From the human T2T-CHM13v2.0 reference genome, Homo sapiens, in assembly GCF_009914755.1 (NCBI RefSeq), contig NC_060944.1: DNA of 64,000 bases. The stretch is one strand, 5' to 3'. The translations under genes were made by a program, and so were the position numbers. The number at the start of each line of letters is the position of its first letter. The first letter of the stretch is position 1. The notes under the pieces were generated by a model that did not search any database, was not told the origin of the DNA, and saw only the letters and a list, made by a program, of their open reading frames with translations. Below, one piece after another: positions 50,501 to 64,000 of this stretch.

Positions 50501-51349
50501 GTGAGACTTCTTAATTCTGTTGATGTTGAGGGGAATGCTGTGGAAACAAAAATTTGATGTTTTAAATTTCAAAATGAAGGTGGGATCCAATTCCATATTC
50601 TCAAGTATAAATGCTAACTCTGGAAGAGTAGTGGAACTTAAATGAAATTATTACCTCGGTATTGCATTTTTCTGCATTTTGGATTAATTTTTGTCCCAGA
50701 GATTTCGTTAAAAAGATGAAATATATATACTATGTAAACCATTCTTATTATCACTCTTTCTACCTCCTTCACTCCCAAAGGCATACTCAAAAATCCTCAA
50801 AAAAGAAAATCTTTATATCTAGCAAGATAAAGTTTCAATGTAAAACAACTAACATGAAAAGTCATGTAAGGATAAGAACAGCACTTAATACACTTAACCT
50901 GACGCAGATATTTCTGTCTACCCAAAAGGCACATGGAGTATTAATAATCACTGATTATTATCATGATAATTATAAAGTGATAATAAAACCAATTGATGTG
51001 ATGAGTGAGCTTCCACTTCCTGATCACCCTTCCTGAAGGCATTAAAACCTGCTGAACAATATACCACAATGGGCTTGAACTGTCCATGTTGTCTTGTGAG
51101 TGAATGTGTGAGAGCGTGTGTAGAGGAGATGGTTGGCAGAGAATGGGGAGTGGAGGTGATAGAGACAGAGGACAAGAAAGGGAAGATACATATGTGAGAC
51201 TTGGGAGCAATAAGAAAGTTTGTGTATCCTTTGCTTAAATTCTTGGATCCCAACATGTCTGTCAGAAGTTTTCTTTTGTTACAACCATATCACAATTCAA
51301 GTTTGAAAGATATTTTGGTGAAATTGTCTTTATTTCCTTGATAATTCAG

Positions 51350-51474
51350 AGACATCCATGATGCAAGAGCCAAATTACCAGCAAGAGTTAAGTAAACCCC
51401 AAACTTGGAAGGATGTGATTGGTGGATCTCAGCATAGCTCTCATGAGGATACCAATAAAAATATTAACTCTGAG
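51350..51474 (+). CDS. RAD21L1: RAD21L1 exon 11 ([11 protein letters not shown]...NINSE)
   Basis: ttcag| and GAG|gtaagt; 125 nt restores phase 0. Confidence 0.92.
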
Positions 51475-53513
51475 GTAAGTTATCCAGAGAGAATCGTAAA
51501 AATATTTTATTTTCTACAGATACAGTAAAGGAATGTTGGGACTCTGGTATATTTTCTTACATTTGTGTAGTTCATATTTCATTTTAAATTGTTTTGCAAT
51601 TTGTTTAGTAAGTAGCAGGGTAAAACATGATTTTCTTCTGCAGAATTTTTCTAGGAGTTTAGGATGTAAATTGCAAGATAAGGTGGTTTCATACCAAGCT
51701 AGTATTTTGCATGATACGTTAAATCAATGATTGTCTCTATGTAAACCTAGTTATATGCTGAGAATCCTACTAGGCCTCATATTCTTTGTGTCATGGAATG
51801 TTTTAGAACTGCAGCCAGTATGCCTAAGTTTTGCTTTTCATCATAAATTCACCCAAGTATCTCTAAGAATAATATATTTTAGACCCACCAATTCCTTGGC
51901 CTTGAATCTGAAAGACTATCTAAAGATCTATGACCAAAACAAAATTTTAAAAACTTTTTAAGATATAATTTTTTATTTGAAAAATATTACTATTTGAAAA
52001 CACAATTGGAAATAATGTACTTTGAAATATTTTCTCAGTTGTTATTTTATTGGTTGTACAAATATAAATATTATAGCCACACCAGTTAAAAATAAACCAG
52101 TGTTTTTATGGTCTGTTCCATTATCACTGTATTTTGATAACCACTCAGGGAATTCAAAGTCAACCCATGTTGAAACTGAATGCCCTTGGAAGGAAAGACA
52201 ATTTCACAGTGCATTCAAACAGAATGTATTTTACTAAATATTTGATAATATACTGGATATTGAGACACTGGGTTGCTAGTACTACTCTCTCCCTCACTTG
52301 GGCTCAGGCATTTGTTAAAGTGTACCTACCGAAAATTATGATTAGGCAAACCTGTTTAGTTTATGATTTTTTGGAAGGAAAATACAACTGCAGTTATCAC
52401 AGATATAACAAGATAGATTGTCCCATGGGCTTGAAGTAGAGAGAAGAGAGATCGATGTACCAGTTCTTTTGAACCTTTACTCCTTTACCTTATGCTTATG
52501 CTTTAAACCTTCAATACTCCTCTTATTCTGCTTCCAAAAATGGTTAACAAATGTGAAATATAGTCAAGCATGGGAGCACAAGAACAATAAGGGACAAGAG
52601 AATATTGATTCTGATGAATCATTTTCAAATCTTCATAAAACAGAATTTTTATATACCATACCTGCAAAATTGAGAGTACCAAAAATGTAGAATACTCATA
52701 GAAATTGAAAGAGAAAAACAAGGCTTCACAAATATGTATATTAAATAATAAAATGTAACTCCTTATGTTTACTAAAATTTTTTAAAGCTGAGTGAAAAAG
52801 CAAGTAAACTATCTTAGAGGAGGCCCTTAATCAAGATTGAGGAGGACAGCTGGGGAATGAAGCTTGGAGACAGGTTGAAGATGAAAAGAGGTTGATAGCT
52901 TCTATAGCAATGAGAAGGGAAGGAGATGATAGGGACTAGGAAATCTCTGTCTCTTTTTCTTTCTTCCTTTATGTCTTCACTCCCCTTCCAACAGACAGGT
53001 TCTTCTTCCCTTTTGCCCGTGACAGCTCCAGCAGTGGTGGCAGGAATCCTGTCATGGTCCTCGGTAGGGATATTAATATCCCTTTCCTCACTCTCACTCC
53101 CTCTCTGCTTGCTTATTGCAGATCTCTTTCCTCTGCCACCTGGTATTGGCATGAGAATAGAGGTAGGGGAGTGGGGCTATATAAAATGCTTCAAAGCAAA
53201 GTGGTCTCAGTAGCACAGCAGTAGAGACTTTTAATGTGAGGTCTGCAGTAGAGAGGGAAATAGGAAAAGGATAGGAAGCAAGGAGGGAAGGGGCATGCAA
53301 GTTCTTCCTTTATGGGAGGCATATGGAAAATTGTAACATTTAAGTCAAAGACTGCCTATCTGGGGTATTTCAGAGATAATATTTTGAGAATGTGGGTAGT
53401 ATTTTAAATTAGTTTGAGAAGTGAGCATTCATGTGATTAAAGCATTTAATAAAATTAGATTGTTCCTGTATAACCACTGGCAGATTTACCTAACTTTCCC
53501 TAATTTGCTTCAG

Positions 53514-53609
53514 CAGGATATTGTTGAAATGGTGTCTTTAGCTGCTGAGGAATCATCTTTAATGAATGACTTATTTGCACAAGAAATTGAATATAGTCCA
53601 GTTGAATTG
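53514..53609 (+). CDS. RAD21L1: RAD21L1 exon 12 ([Q]DIVEMVSLAAEE...PVEL); NAGNAG alternative start at 53517
   Basis: ttcag|cag|GAT acceptor and TTG|gtaaat donor; 96 or 93 nt. Confidence 0.9.
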
Positions 53610-55930
53610 GTAAATATATGTGTAGTCTTGGGGATGTTCTTAAAAACTTTATTCCTAAATATTTAACACCTTATTTATCTAAAACTTGGCTTTTATAGCT
53701 GTCATGTTACTTTCTAAATTTATAATTTAAATTTGTGATTACAACAGAGATGTTTGTGAATAGTTTGATAAAATATTCTGAATTGCTCTGATTTTTTTGT
53801 CTTTCTTTAATTTCTTTTGAAACTTCAAATACTTTTAAGGGAAAGTGTGAGGTTTTTGTGCTTATCAAAAGTAGTGACAGGATTTTAAATGTTGAGAATC
53901 ACCGTTTTAAATTATTGATATAACATCTCTAAAGAAACAGAACTATATTAAGAGTATGGCCTAGGGCATTTGAAATTTTATCTTATTTACAAAAAACTTG
54001 TGGGCAATTTTTCCTTTAACATTATGTGGCACAAGGCTTGTATCTATACAAGGCTTCTGGAAATCTGAAACAAAATAATCTGGTAGTCAGAGGGCCACAT
54101 GTCAATAGCAAAGACAGAAGTAAAGTCTGATTTCCCTGACTCCCTGCTTATTAACTGTCTTATTTCTCTGGTATTATCCCAGCATACTGAAAACATTTTT
54201 AAGATTGTAAGGAATTTTAGTAAAAGTTTTTTAGTAAATAATATAAAAACACCTAGTAAGCCTGATGTTAATTTGCTTCTATAAAATTATCTATATATTG
54301 AGTTCCAAGACTCTTTGATTGTTTTTCATACAAGGAAAAGAGACCAAATTCTCTAGATAATCTAGGACAGAATAAATTACCTGAACTTTTTACCTGAAGT
54401 ATCCAAACAGCTGAGCCAGAAGTGGGTTAGTTCATTTTTGCTATTCGCTGTGCTTCTGTAGATGCAGGTTATTTTCATACATGGTCAAGCAAACCACAAC
54501 ATAGCACAAGTTCAGCTGTTTTAATAATCCACTGGGCTTTTTACACAATAGATTCAGCTGTAGGGTGTCCAGATAGATCAAGTGGACAGGCTTTAGCAGA
54601 ATGCACAGAGTATTTCTTCTGAGCCTTTCTCTGGTTAGTTTAGTTGTGCATTATAGATGAAGCTAGAGTCTCATGGATCTTTAACAAAGAGGTTTTTACA
54701 TTTCAAAAACTGCATTTGTTTATTTAACAATAAAATAAACATTAATAAGTGGATGTCCTCATTTATCCAAGGAGAGACCAGAAAAGAATAATCATAAATT
54801 GTAGCTGAAGGGATTTAGAAAACTCTCTAGAATAAAGTGACCGTATTTTCAAATCAGTCTTTTTGGAATATAAGAAAGCATACAGCATAGGCAGGCCTAG
54901 GAAGCTGGTATAGTTGGTGGAAATGGGGACTCAGTAGCTCCCAGGCTTAGTCAAAGAGTCCCTTTAGCCTCACATGATTTAAAATGTCATGCAGAATATT
55001 CTGGTGCTTTCTGTAATTGTCTTGGAGTTTATGAAATTGAAAGCACTTTTAGGAAGTGTCTGGGCTCCTATACATGAAGGCTAGACAGACAGTGGACATG
55101 AGGTGAGAGTGACATAGATGCTGTTGGGCTGCATAGTCAGAATTAGCTTAGGAAAAATTATGAAGTAGGCCAGGTTTGTGCCACTTCCCTTCCCCCAACC
55201 CTTTGTAAGCCTACTCTTTTATCAGATTCATGAACACCTTTCATATGCTCAGTTTCTGTTCTCACATCATAAGGTGTTAGTTTGTAAGGGATTAGAATAC
55301 CATTTTTAAATATTGAGGTATTTCTGAAAGTGGTTAAGCCTTAAATACCAAAAAAAAAAAAAAAAAAAAAAAAGAATCTATTTAGATAACATGACAGACA
55401 TGTCCAAGGCACAGATGCCTTGGACAAGGCATCTCGAAATCTGAAAGATTTCTAACCCAATTGTACACAAACTACTAGACAGCAGTTATGTTTAGAGCTT
55501 CCATTACCAGATAAGTTCAGATAAAGGCCTTTACAAGACAGAAATAGCTGTATGTTTACTCCTGTCAACTGAGTTCAGATTGACCAGAACTAGGATAACC
55601 CTAGGCAAAAGTTGTTGTCTTTGCTAATTTTGCTTTTCAAAGTAACCGTAAGACCCTGGACACATTAACAAATAAAGATGGCAGAATCTCCTATTTTGGA
55701 GCCTCTTATCAGAAGAGACCCTGGAGAGTACAGGTGTAATTGTGCAAAGGTGGTTTATATTTGTATGTTAGCCTTATTCTTTTTATAAATAATAAAGATT
55801 ATAAGCTCTTTATTTGGCAGGACCCATTGTAATAATTGTGTTTCTTGTAGAAGCTAACACTATGATGGGCAAATAGTCAGCATTTAGTAAAATTTGCTTA
55901 AATTAAATATTTTATCTATCATTCAAACAG

Positions 55931-56008
55931 GAGTCATTGAGCAATGAAGAAAATATTGAGACAGAGAGATGGAATGGAAGAATACTTCAGATGTTAAATC
56001 GTTTACGG
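55931..56008 (+). CDS. RAD21L1: RAD21L1 exon 13 (ESLSNEENIETERWNGRILQMLNRLR)
   Basis: aaacag| and CGG|gtgaga; 78 nt; RWNxRxxQML resembles the RAD21 C-terminal region. Confidence 0.93.
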
Positions 56009-57152
56009 GTGAGATGCTAGGGTTTGTCAACCCTGTTTTTATTTTAAAAAATAAGTAAATACTGACTTCAAGCTTCCATATATTAATGAAAACGCAATAA
56101 TTTTCCTTATTTTTTTGAGGCCAAATCCCACTAGAGTGCAATGATTTTCAGTAGTATACCCAGGGCTAAATATAGAAGTTTGGATTTGGTGCCTGCATAT
56201 TCTAATCAACTTCTTACCCACACTAATACCCTTAGATATCCATTCTGTGTCCCATCCTCGTTTTTAGCATGATACCAACTAATTCTCAATATGAAACTTA
56301 GTTTATAGCAGTTCAAGAGTGACAACTCAGGTAATTTTTGAATTTAATTTATATTTTTATCAAAATAATACATGTATATTATTTTAAAAGCTCAATAGCA
56401 CCATGCAATAAGGCTGAAAAGACAGAAAGGCCTTTGTCCTACCTCTCCTTATCCCTAAGTCCTGCTCACCAGAAGCAACTACATTAAGCTGTTTCTTTTA
56501 GTATTTATATCTATATTCTTAATAAACATGCTTTTAGTGCTCTTTCTTGGTATTTCAGCTTTAAACTATATCTACTGAATTCTTTTGACAGAAAACAAAA
56601 GTTTAACTTAGTTACCTTCCCCTCCCTAGTATACTTTTAGCATAGTGTTATGTGTTTACAGTGTTATATTTGTAATAGTTATGATGCAGGTTTGATTGCG
56701 ACAGGGAGCCAAAATATTAGTGGCTTAAAAAAGACAGAAGTTTATTTATCTGTCAGGTAAAAGTTCAATCTGGTATGGCAGCTATGCTCACAAAGTTGTC
56801 AGGGACCCAGGTTTCCTTTGTCTTCTCAAGATCCAAAATGGCTAACTACCCACCAGGTCTGTACTCCAATCAGTAACAAAATTTCCTTTAAGAGTACAAC
56901 CCAGAAATTGTATCACTTTTTACACTTCATTGACCAGTACTTAGTCACATTGACGCATCTAGCTGGGAAATGTAGTCTTTATTTGGTAAGCTTAGTCCCA
57001 ACTAATAATTCTGTTACTATAGAAGAAGAGAATGGAAATTAAAGGACAACTAGCAGCTGCTGCCATAAAGACTAAATAAAAATTAGTTACATTGAAGCTT
57101 CATAGCATAATTACATTTCTTGTCAACTTTATGGTTGTTTTGTCATTACCTC

Positions 57153-58013
57153 ATTTTTTTTCTTTTTTTTATTATTATACTTTAAGTTCTAGGGTACATG
57201 TGCACAACGTGCAGGTTTGTTACATATGTATACATGCGCCATGTTGGTGTGCTGCACCCATTAACTCGTCATTTACATTAGGTATATCTCCTAATGCTAT
57301 CCCTCCCCCCTCCCCCGACCCCATGACAGGCCCCGGTGTGTGTTGTTCGCCTTCTTGTGTCCAAGTGTTCTCATTGTTCAATTCCCACCTACGAGTGAGA
57401 ACATGTGGTGTTTGGTTTTTTGTCCTTGCCATAGGTTGCTGAGAATGATGGTTTCCAGCTTCATCCGTGTCCCTACAAAGGACATGAACTCATCCTTTTT
57501 TATGGCTGCATAGTATTCCATGGTGTATATGTGCCACATTTTCTTTCTTTTTTTTTCTTTTTTTATTTTTTATTATACTATGAGTTTTAGGGTACATGTG
57601 CACAACGTGCAGGTTTGTTACATATGTATACATGTGCCATGTTGGTGTGCTGCACCCATTAACTCATCATTTAGATTAGGTATAGCTCCTAATGCTATCC
57701 CTCCCGCTGTGTCCAAGTGTTCTCATTTTTCAATTCCCACCTGTGAGTGAGAACATGCAGTGTTTGGTTTTTTGTCCTTGTGATAGTTTGCTGAGAATGA
57801 TGGTTTCCAGCTTCATCCATGTCCCTACAAAGACATGAACTCATCCTTTTTTATGGCTGCATAGTATTCCATGGTGTATATATGCCACATTTTCTTAATC
57901 CAGTCTATCATTGATGGACATTTGGGTTGGTTCCAAGTCTTTGCTATTGTGAATAGTGCCACAATAAACATATATGTGCATGTGTCTTTATAGCAGCATG
58001 ATTTATAATCCTT
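57153..58013 (-). mobile_element. Two tandem/nested L1PA 3' ends in intron 13
   Basis: Two T-rich tails (~57153 and ~57541), each followed by L1 3'UTR; outer TSD ttac(c/t)tcattttttt. Confidence 0.93.
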
Positions 58014-60599
58014 TACTTCATTTTTTTATTTGCTCAGTGTCTATAAACCCATTTTAATTATTTTTCCAAACTCAGACAGTATGACCAAACTCTGACAAAA
58101 ATACCATTTTTATGGTTTTGTAATATTTTATAATATCTCTTATCAAATGATCCATCAGTTCCATTTTTTTTCCTTAAAGGTATCTCTCTGGGAGCTCACC
58201 ATCCTCTTGTTCTGATCCAAACCAGCGGCTGTTTAGGTCTGCTCCATAGTTTTTGTCTTGGGATATTGCTTTGTCATAAACATGGGAATTTGTCTCTTTC
58301 CTGTATATATTATTTCCTCTGTGGTTTTGGGTGCTTTGATCTTCCTTTATCTTAAATTTTTTAGTGGTTAACATCCTTTCATAATTTCCTGAGATAAAGA
58401 GTTCACGAGAGATACAGACCCTCCATACCAGCGTGAGCGTTTCTTTTACCTTTAACGTGATTGATTGTCTCTAGATGTAAGTTGAAAATATATTTCTCTC
58501 AGATGTTGAAGGCTTTGTAACATTGCCAAGATTCTTGTGATGTTATTGAAAGGTCAGATATTGCCTTAGTTGGTGATCCTTTGTAAGTAACCTTTATTTT
58601 CTCTCTGGAAGCTTTTGATCTATTATTGTTATTATTATTATCCCGGGCACTCTGGAATTTCATGATGTGCTTTGGTTTTTTTTTTTTTCCACTCATTGTC
58701 TTTACCATGTAGTGTGTTCTTTTATACAGAAATTTCATGTTCCTGAGTTTTAGAAAATTTTTAAAAATTTCTTGGACTTTCTCCTTATTATTGTTATTTT
58801 TTAAAGTTTTTCATAGAGTCAAGGTCCCACTGTGTTGCTCAGGCTGGTTTCAAACTCCTGGCCTCAGTTTCCTTTTTATTTATGTTTTGTCTTCCTGAAG
58901 GGCCAGTGGGTCAGATGTTGGATCTCCTGAACTACTCCTTTAATTTTAATAACATCTTTTATCCTCTATATTAATTTCTTTGTATTTGTGTTTTTCTACC
59001 CTCTAGATTTCTTCAACTTTGTCTTCTAGACTTTACTGAATTTTTATATCTGCTTTCACCTTTTTGTTTTCCAGGAGTTTTTTTTCTTGGTTACTAACTA
59101 TTCTTTTATTTTATAGCATCATAATATTTTTATTTAATTATTCAATTAGGTTTCTAAAGCAGCTTTGTTGAGATATGATTAACATGCAGTAAACTATTTA
59201 TATTTAAAGTATGCATTATATAAGTCTTGACATATGTGTACAACTGTAAAACCTTCACCACAATCAAGGAGTAAACATATATCAAACCAGAAAAACTTTC
59301 CTTGTGCCCCTTTTGAATCCCTCATTTGCATACCTCCAACTGGCACCCCCATTCCCAAGCAACCACTGATCTGCTTCCTCTCACTGTTATCCTAGCCATT
59401 TTTCATGGGTACAATGAAAAACTTCTTAACTTCAGAGGTTGCACTTCTGCTCCCTGCATTATCTTTCCTTAGTGATTTTCTTGAATGTATTCCTTTTTGC
59501 TCTTTAATATTAGAGATTTTACTCAAATGTCTTGTAGATCCTAGGATTATCTGCTTTTATTTAAGATAGAGACACCAAAAAACTGACTGGAAGTTATATA
59601 CGCATGAGTAGGGGTTGTAGACTTATGGTCTTTATACTGAGGTAATTGGGTGGCACCTCTCACCTTCCCTAGATTGTATTATATAACTGGGTTTTGTTCT
59701 CCCTTAGAATAGTCATCTTTTCCAGAATAATCTTTAAGTCTACTGCCTAGGAGATATAAGCATGATGCCAGTGGCTCAGGAACCAAAAGGAGGTAAAGGA
59801 GAGGCTGGTTATCTCACTGTTCAGAGTGTAGAATTTCCCTTAATCCCACTGTTTGTGGTATGACACTTCACCATCCACAGCACTAGTGCCCTAAGTTCAA
59901 AGCCTCAATGCTTGTTATCTCCAGAAGGGCAACTTCACGCCTTCTGCTGTGTGAGTAGCGGTCTCCGCTACTGTTCCTAAGTAGATTCTCAAGGAATTCT
60001 CCTGTTTTCAGCTTCATCCCTCTCCCCAGTTTATGACACACTGATGTCTCCAATTCCTGAGCTTTTCCTAGGTACTGTGTCTCACTCAAATCAGCTTGCT
60101 TTTTGCTGGCTTCCCCCCTGCCAGCACTTAGGGTTCAGTTGTCTCTACTCTACTAAGTCAGTTATGTCTTCCACTTTCTTTGTCTTTATCTCCTTCGTCA
60201 CTTTTTCTTCCTTTACCTTCATTTCAGAAGGGTTTCTGAAGGGAACACAAATAAACGCTTATGTTTAATCTTGCATATTTGTCCCTTTAGGGTTTTTCAA
60301 AATAATTCTTGAAATTGAAAAAACTGTCCTTATTCTCTCCCAGGGGGGAAAAGCCATCCAGTTCTCATCTTTTCTCTCAAGGCAGGGAATAAATGTAGGC
60401 TGGATATGCCATCTTTGAAAGGTTACTGAACCTGGGCCACGCCTTTGGTTAAGATAAAGTATGACAAAGTATTTAATTTATTAATTTGTTGACTGTTATG
60501 GACAAGCAAAACCTTGTATGTGGTATTTCTAAATAAGCTTCACAACTATCCAGCGTGTATGATTCTCATAGGGACATTGGCCAGTATTCACTGCAGTAC

Positions 60600-60902
<303 letters not shown>

Positions 60903-61574
60903 GCACTGCAGTATTTCTAACTAAAAAATTACACTTCTACTCTAGGACTCTGATTCCAAATCCTAGTCTTCATGAAAAGAGTTATCTTCATCCATAATTA
61001 AAATACTTTATTGTACCTCAGTTATTTTCAGTAGGTACACAGATGTCATGTGGTGAATCCGACATCTTTTTAATCTGTGCAAAGAAATTGGGAGTTGTTT
61101 ACATAGTCATAATCCCCTGACACTGAAACTGGAGTTGTTTATAGTCAACACCAACACTATAGTACCTTTAAGTAGAAGAAGACTGATAGGCTGATCATTT
61201 TCATTGTATTTGAAGCCTCCCAAAGTCCTGTGGATTTTTTTGTCTCTGCAAATATAGACTAATTGCCCTTTCCACTGGAGCCATTTATGTTAACATCAAT
61301 TTTAAAAAGGCCTATCATTTGTATAACACATTATAAATTTATATAACACTTCGGAATTCTTTTGCATGCATGTTCTTCACGAACCAAGCTTGTGTACAGT
61401 AACTTGTGTTGTTTTTATGTTTACTAAGGAGTCATTTCCCTTTTTCCATTTAAGGATTTTATAGTCATTTATCCAAAATGTCAATATTTTGTTGTTTATT
61501 ACGCATTTATAGCCGGCTTTACTTCTAATGATCTTGTTTCCCATTTCTTTTTTCTTTTCTAATTATTTTCCCAG

Positions 61575-61763
61575 GAATCTAACAAGATGGGAATGCAGTC
61601 CTTTAGTCTGATGAAGCTCTGTAGAAATAGTGACCGAAAACAAGCAGCTGCCAAATTTTATAGCTTTCTTGTCCTAAAGAAACAGCTGGCTATTGAGCTG
61701 AGCCAGAGTGCTCCCTATGCAGATATTATAGCTACGATGGGACCAATGTTTTATAACATATGA
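61575..61763 (+). CDS. RAD21L1: RAD21L1 exon 14 coding part (C-terminal winged helix, [17 protein letters not shown]...MFYNI*)
   Basis: ttttcccag| acceptor; hallmark kleisin C-terminal motif; TGA at 61761-61763; total CDS 556 or 555 aa. Confidence 0.97.
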   Translation, partial: ESNKMGMQSFSLMKLCRNSDRKQAAAKFYSFLVLKKQLAIELSQSAPYADIIATMGPMFYNI

Positions 61764-61960
61764 AGGAAACCCAGACATACAGATTTATGGCATCACTGGA
61801 ATTTCTGTGTAGATTGTTCAATTTAATGCAGAAGCCATCTGGAAGCAGCTGAAGGTCTGATCCATTTCATAGATAGGCTGACCTACTTCCTCTCTGTAGT
61901 TCAGAATAATCATAGCTAGAATTGGAAACCTACATGCTTACAAAGAAATACTTTAAATTC

Positions 61961-62105
61961 TGTTTTGTTTTTTTTTTGTTGTTTTTTTAAGGACAAAGGT
62001 CTCACTATATTGCCCAGGCTGGACTTGAACTCTGGGTTCAAGTGATTCTCCTGCCTCAGCCTCCTGAATAGCTGGGACTACAGGCACATGCCACCATACC
62101 TGGCT
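61961..62105 (-). mobile_element. FLAM / Alu monomer, antisense in the RAD21L1 3'UTR
   Basis: Monomer length; agaaatactt flanks both sides. Confidence 0.85.
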
Positions 62106-62619
62106 CAGAAATACTTAATTATAGCTAAGTAATTATTTTTAACTTAGCTGATTTGAATATATAGCATTTATCATTTCCCTGATTTGAATGTTGCACTTAG
62201 CATACATTTAGCATGCATTTTTAAAATGCTGTATGTTTTTGACAGACATTCAAAGATGTTTCTTAAAAGGCTATTTTACATTGGAGTATTTACTTGAATT
62301 TTATGGGGTTAATGAAAACATCATTATTTCTACACAGACTATTTGGTTGCAACGTATATCATACTTGATTTGACATAATGCCATGGTTTTTAATCCAATA
62401 TTTTAATTGAAGAGTTACAAAGCTCATCTTTGCTTTAAATTGCCTGAGTGGGTTTTAGTCTATTTATAGGTCACTTAACTTTTTTATTTACTATTTAATG
62501 ATTATTATAATCACCATTAATGTGTCAGCAAAACTAAATCTGCTTCTTATGTTTAAAAAAATTAGCAGACACTTGTTCCTCATGTTGTTTGCAGCTACGG
62601 TCTGAGTAAAGATCACCAA

Positions 62620-62625
62620 AATAAA
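62620..62625 (+). terminator. Probable RAD21L1 polyadenylation signal (AATAAA; ATTAAA also at 62662)
   Basis: AATAAA followed by a GT/T-rich element (tgttcttttgtttggtgttt), ~860 nt after the stop codon. Confidence 0.65.
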
Positions 62626-62879
62626 TGTTCTTTTGTTTGGTGTTTACTGAACATTTTTGACATTAAAACTGTTGTTTTCCTTTTTTCTTAATTGAAGTTT
62701 GAGTTAGGACATTTTCATATGATGCTCTGTGAGCTCCATCATACACTGTCAAATGAAGCCTATGGTACTCATTAAAATGTTGTTATATCTGGAATTATGC
62801 TGCAAACAACAAATTCTAAATAGCCTCTCTAAATGTGTTAACTATAAATTTTAAATGGCAAAATTGCCTTTTTAAAATT

Positions 62880-64000
62880 TCTTTTATTTTTTAAATTAAC
62901 ATACAGAAAATTTGACTTCTTAATTTTGGTGCACAGTTCTGTGAATTTTAACATATTTGTAGAGTCCTGTAACCATCTCCACAATTAGGATTCCAGCAGT
63001 AACATCACCCTAAAAAATTCTGTTATCCCTTTGTAGTAACCCCCTTCCCCCATATAACATCTGGCAACCACTCTTCTCCATGACTACACTTTTGTCTTTT
63101 TGAAAATGTCACACAGATGGAATCATATAGCATGTAAGCTTTCGATACGGGCTTCTTTCACTCATAAATGTCTTTGAGACTTATCAAGTGCTTGCATGTG
63201 TCAGTGCTTTGTTCCTGTTTATTGCTGAGTAATATCCTGTTGCCTAGATATACCATAGTTTATCCATTTACCCACTGAAAGATGTTAAGTTGTTTCCAGT
63301 TTTGACAATTATTAATAGAGCTTCATACATTTGTGTACATTTTTGTCTGGATATAAGTTTTTATTTGTCTAGGGTAAATATCTAGAAATGGGATTGCTGG
63401 GCCATATAGCAAGTATATGTTTAACTTTATAAGAAATTACAAAATTATTTTCCAGAGTGGATGTACCATTTTGCATTCCCAGTAACCATGTAAGAGAGTT
63501 CCAGTTGATTTTTTGTTTACTTGTTATTTTGAGATAATTGTAGATTCACCTGCAGTTGTGAGAAATAATACAGAGATCCCATATATCAGTTTACCTCAGT
63601 GGTAACATCTTGCATAACTTTAATATAATACACAACTAGGAAATTGGCATTGACACTATCCACCCAGCTTATTCAGACATCACAGTTTTACATGCACTTA
63701 TTTTGTGTATGTATTAATTCTATGCAAATTTATCGCATGTGTAGGTCTGTGTGGGCACCACCATAGTCAAGAAACAAAACAGTTCCATCACAAGGATCAC
63801 TTGTGCTACCCTTTGTTAGCCACAGCCATCTCCCTCCTTACTGTCCTCCCTGGCTCCTGAAACCCACTAACCTGTTCTCCATCTCTATAATTTTGTCATT
63901 AATACAGTTAATTTTTATAGATTAATCTTGTATCCTATGACCTTGCTAAACTCAAAAATTAGTTCCAGGTGTTTTTATTTTACATAAATGGAATTGAACA
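62880..64000 (-). mobile_element. Ancient L1M fragments
   Basis: L1M 3' motifs (ggattgctgggccatatag, accattttgcattcccag, gttccatcacaagga). Confidence 0.7.

Noticed and set aside
52814-53300. Overlapping ORFs in intron 11, including a hydrophobic 95-aa frame
   Set aside because: Purine/pyrimidine-skewed low-complexity DNA with no recognisable domain or splice support.

Overview
Primate DNA, most likely human 20p13 (recognised from the encoded proteins; a great-ape origin is not excluded). It holds two + strand protein-coding genes. (1) C20orf202 has two coding exons (10719-10853, 14070-14303) that splice to 122 aa with a FAM167/LURAP-like helical motif. (2) RAD21L1, the meiosis-specific alpha-kleisin cohesin subunit, is complete: a CpG-island promoter with a GC-rich minisatellite, a probable non-coding exon 1, and 13 coding exons (35757-61763) that splice in frame to 556 aa, or 555 aa using the second AG of a NAGNAG acceptor. 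The rest is dense with transposon fossils: about 20 Alus, a full-length dead L1PA inside an LTR13 inside an L2, MER41A, MER66-like and LTR26-like solo LTRs, MaLR LTRs, hAT transposons and MIR/L2. Repeat subfamily names are from recalled consensus sequences, not a database search. Nearly all long ORFs in the supplied track come from repeats or low-complexity DNA. I see no convincing wholly new gene system. The best leads are the higher-order promoter VNTR packed with GC boxes and TGCACGC motifs, the possible adaptor identity of C20orf202, a CpG-retaining CTCF-like site between the genes, an L1-in-L1 insertion resolved at a homologous position, and a ~130-bp direct repeat flanking RAD21L1 exon 6, which carries a candidate separase site.
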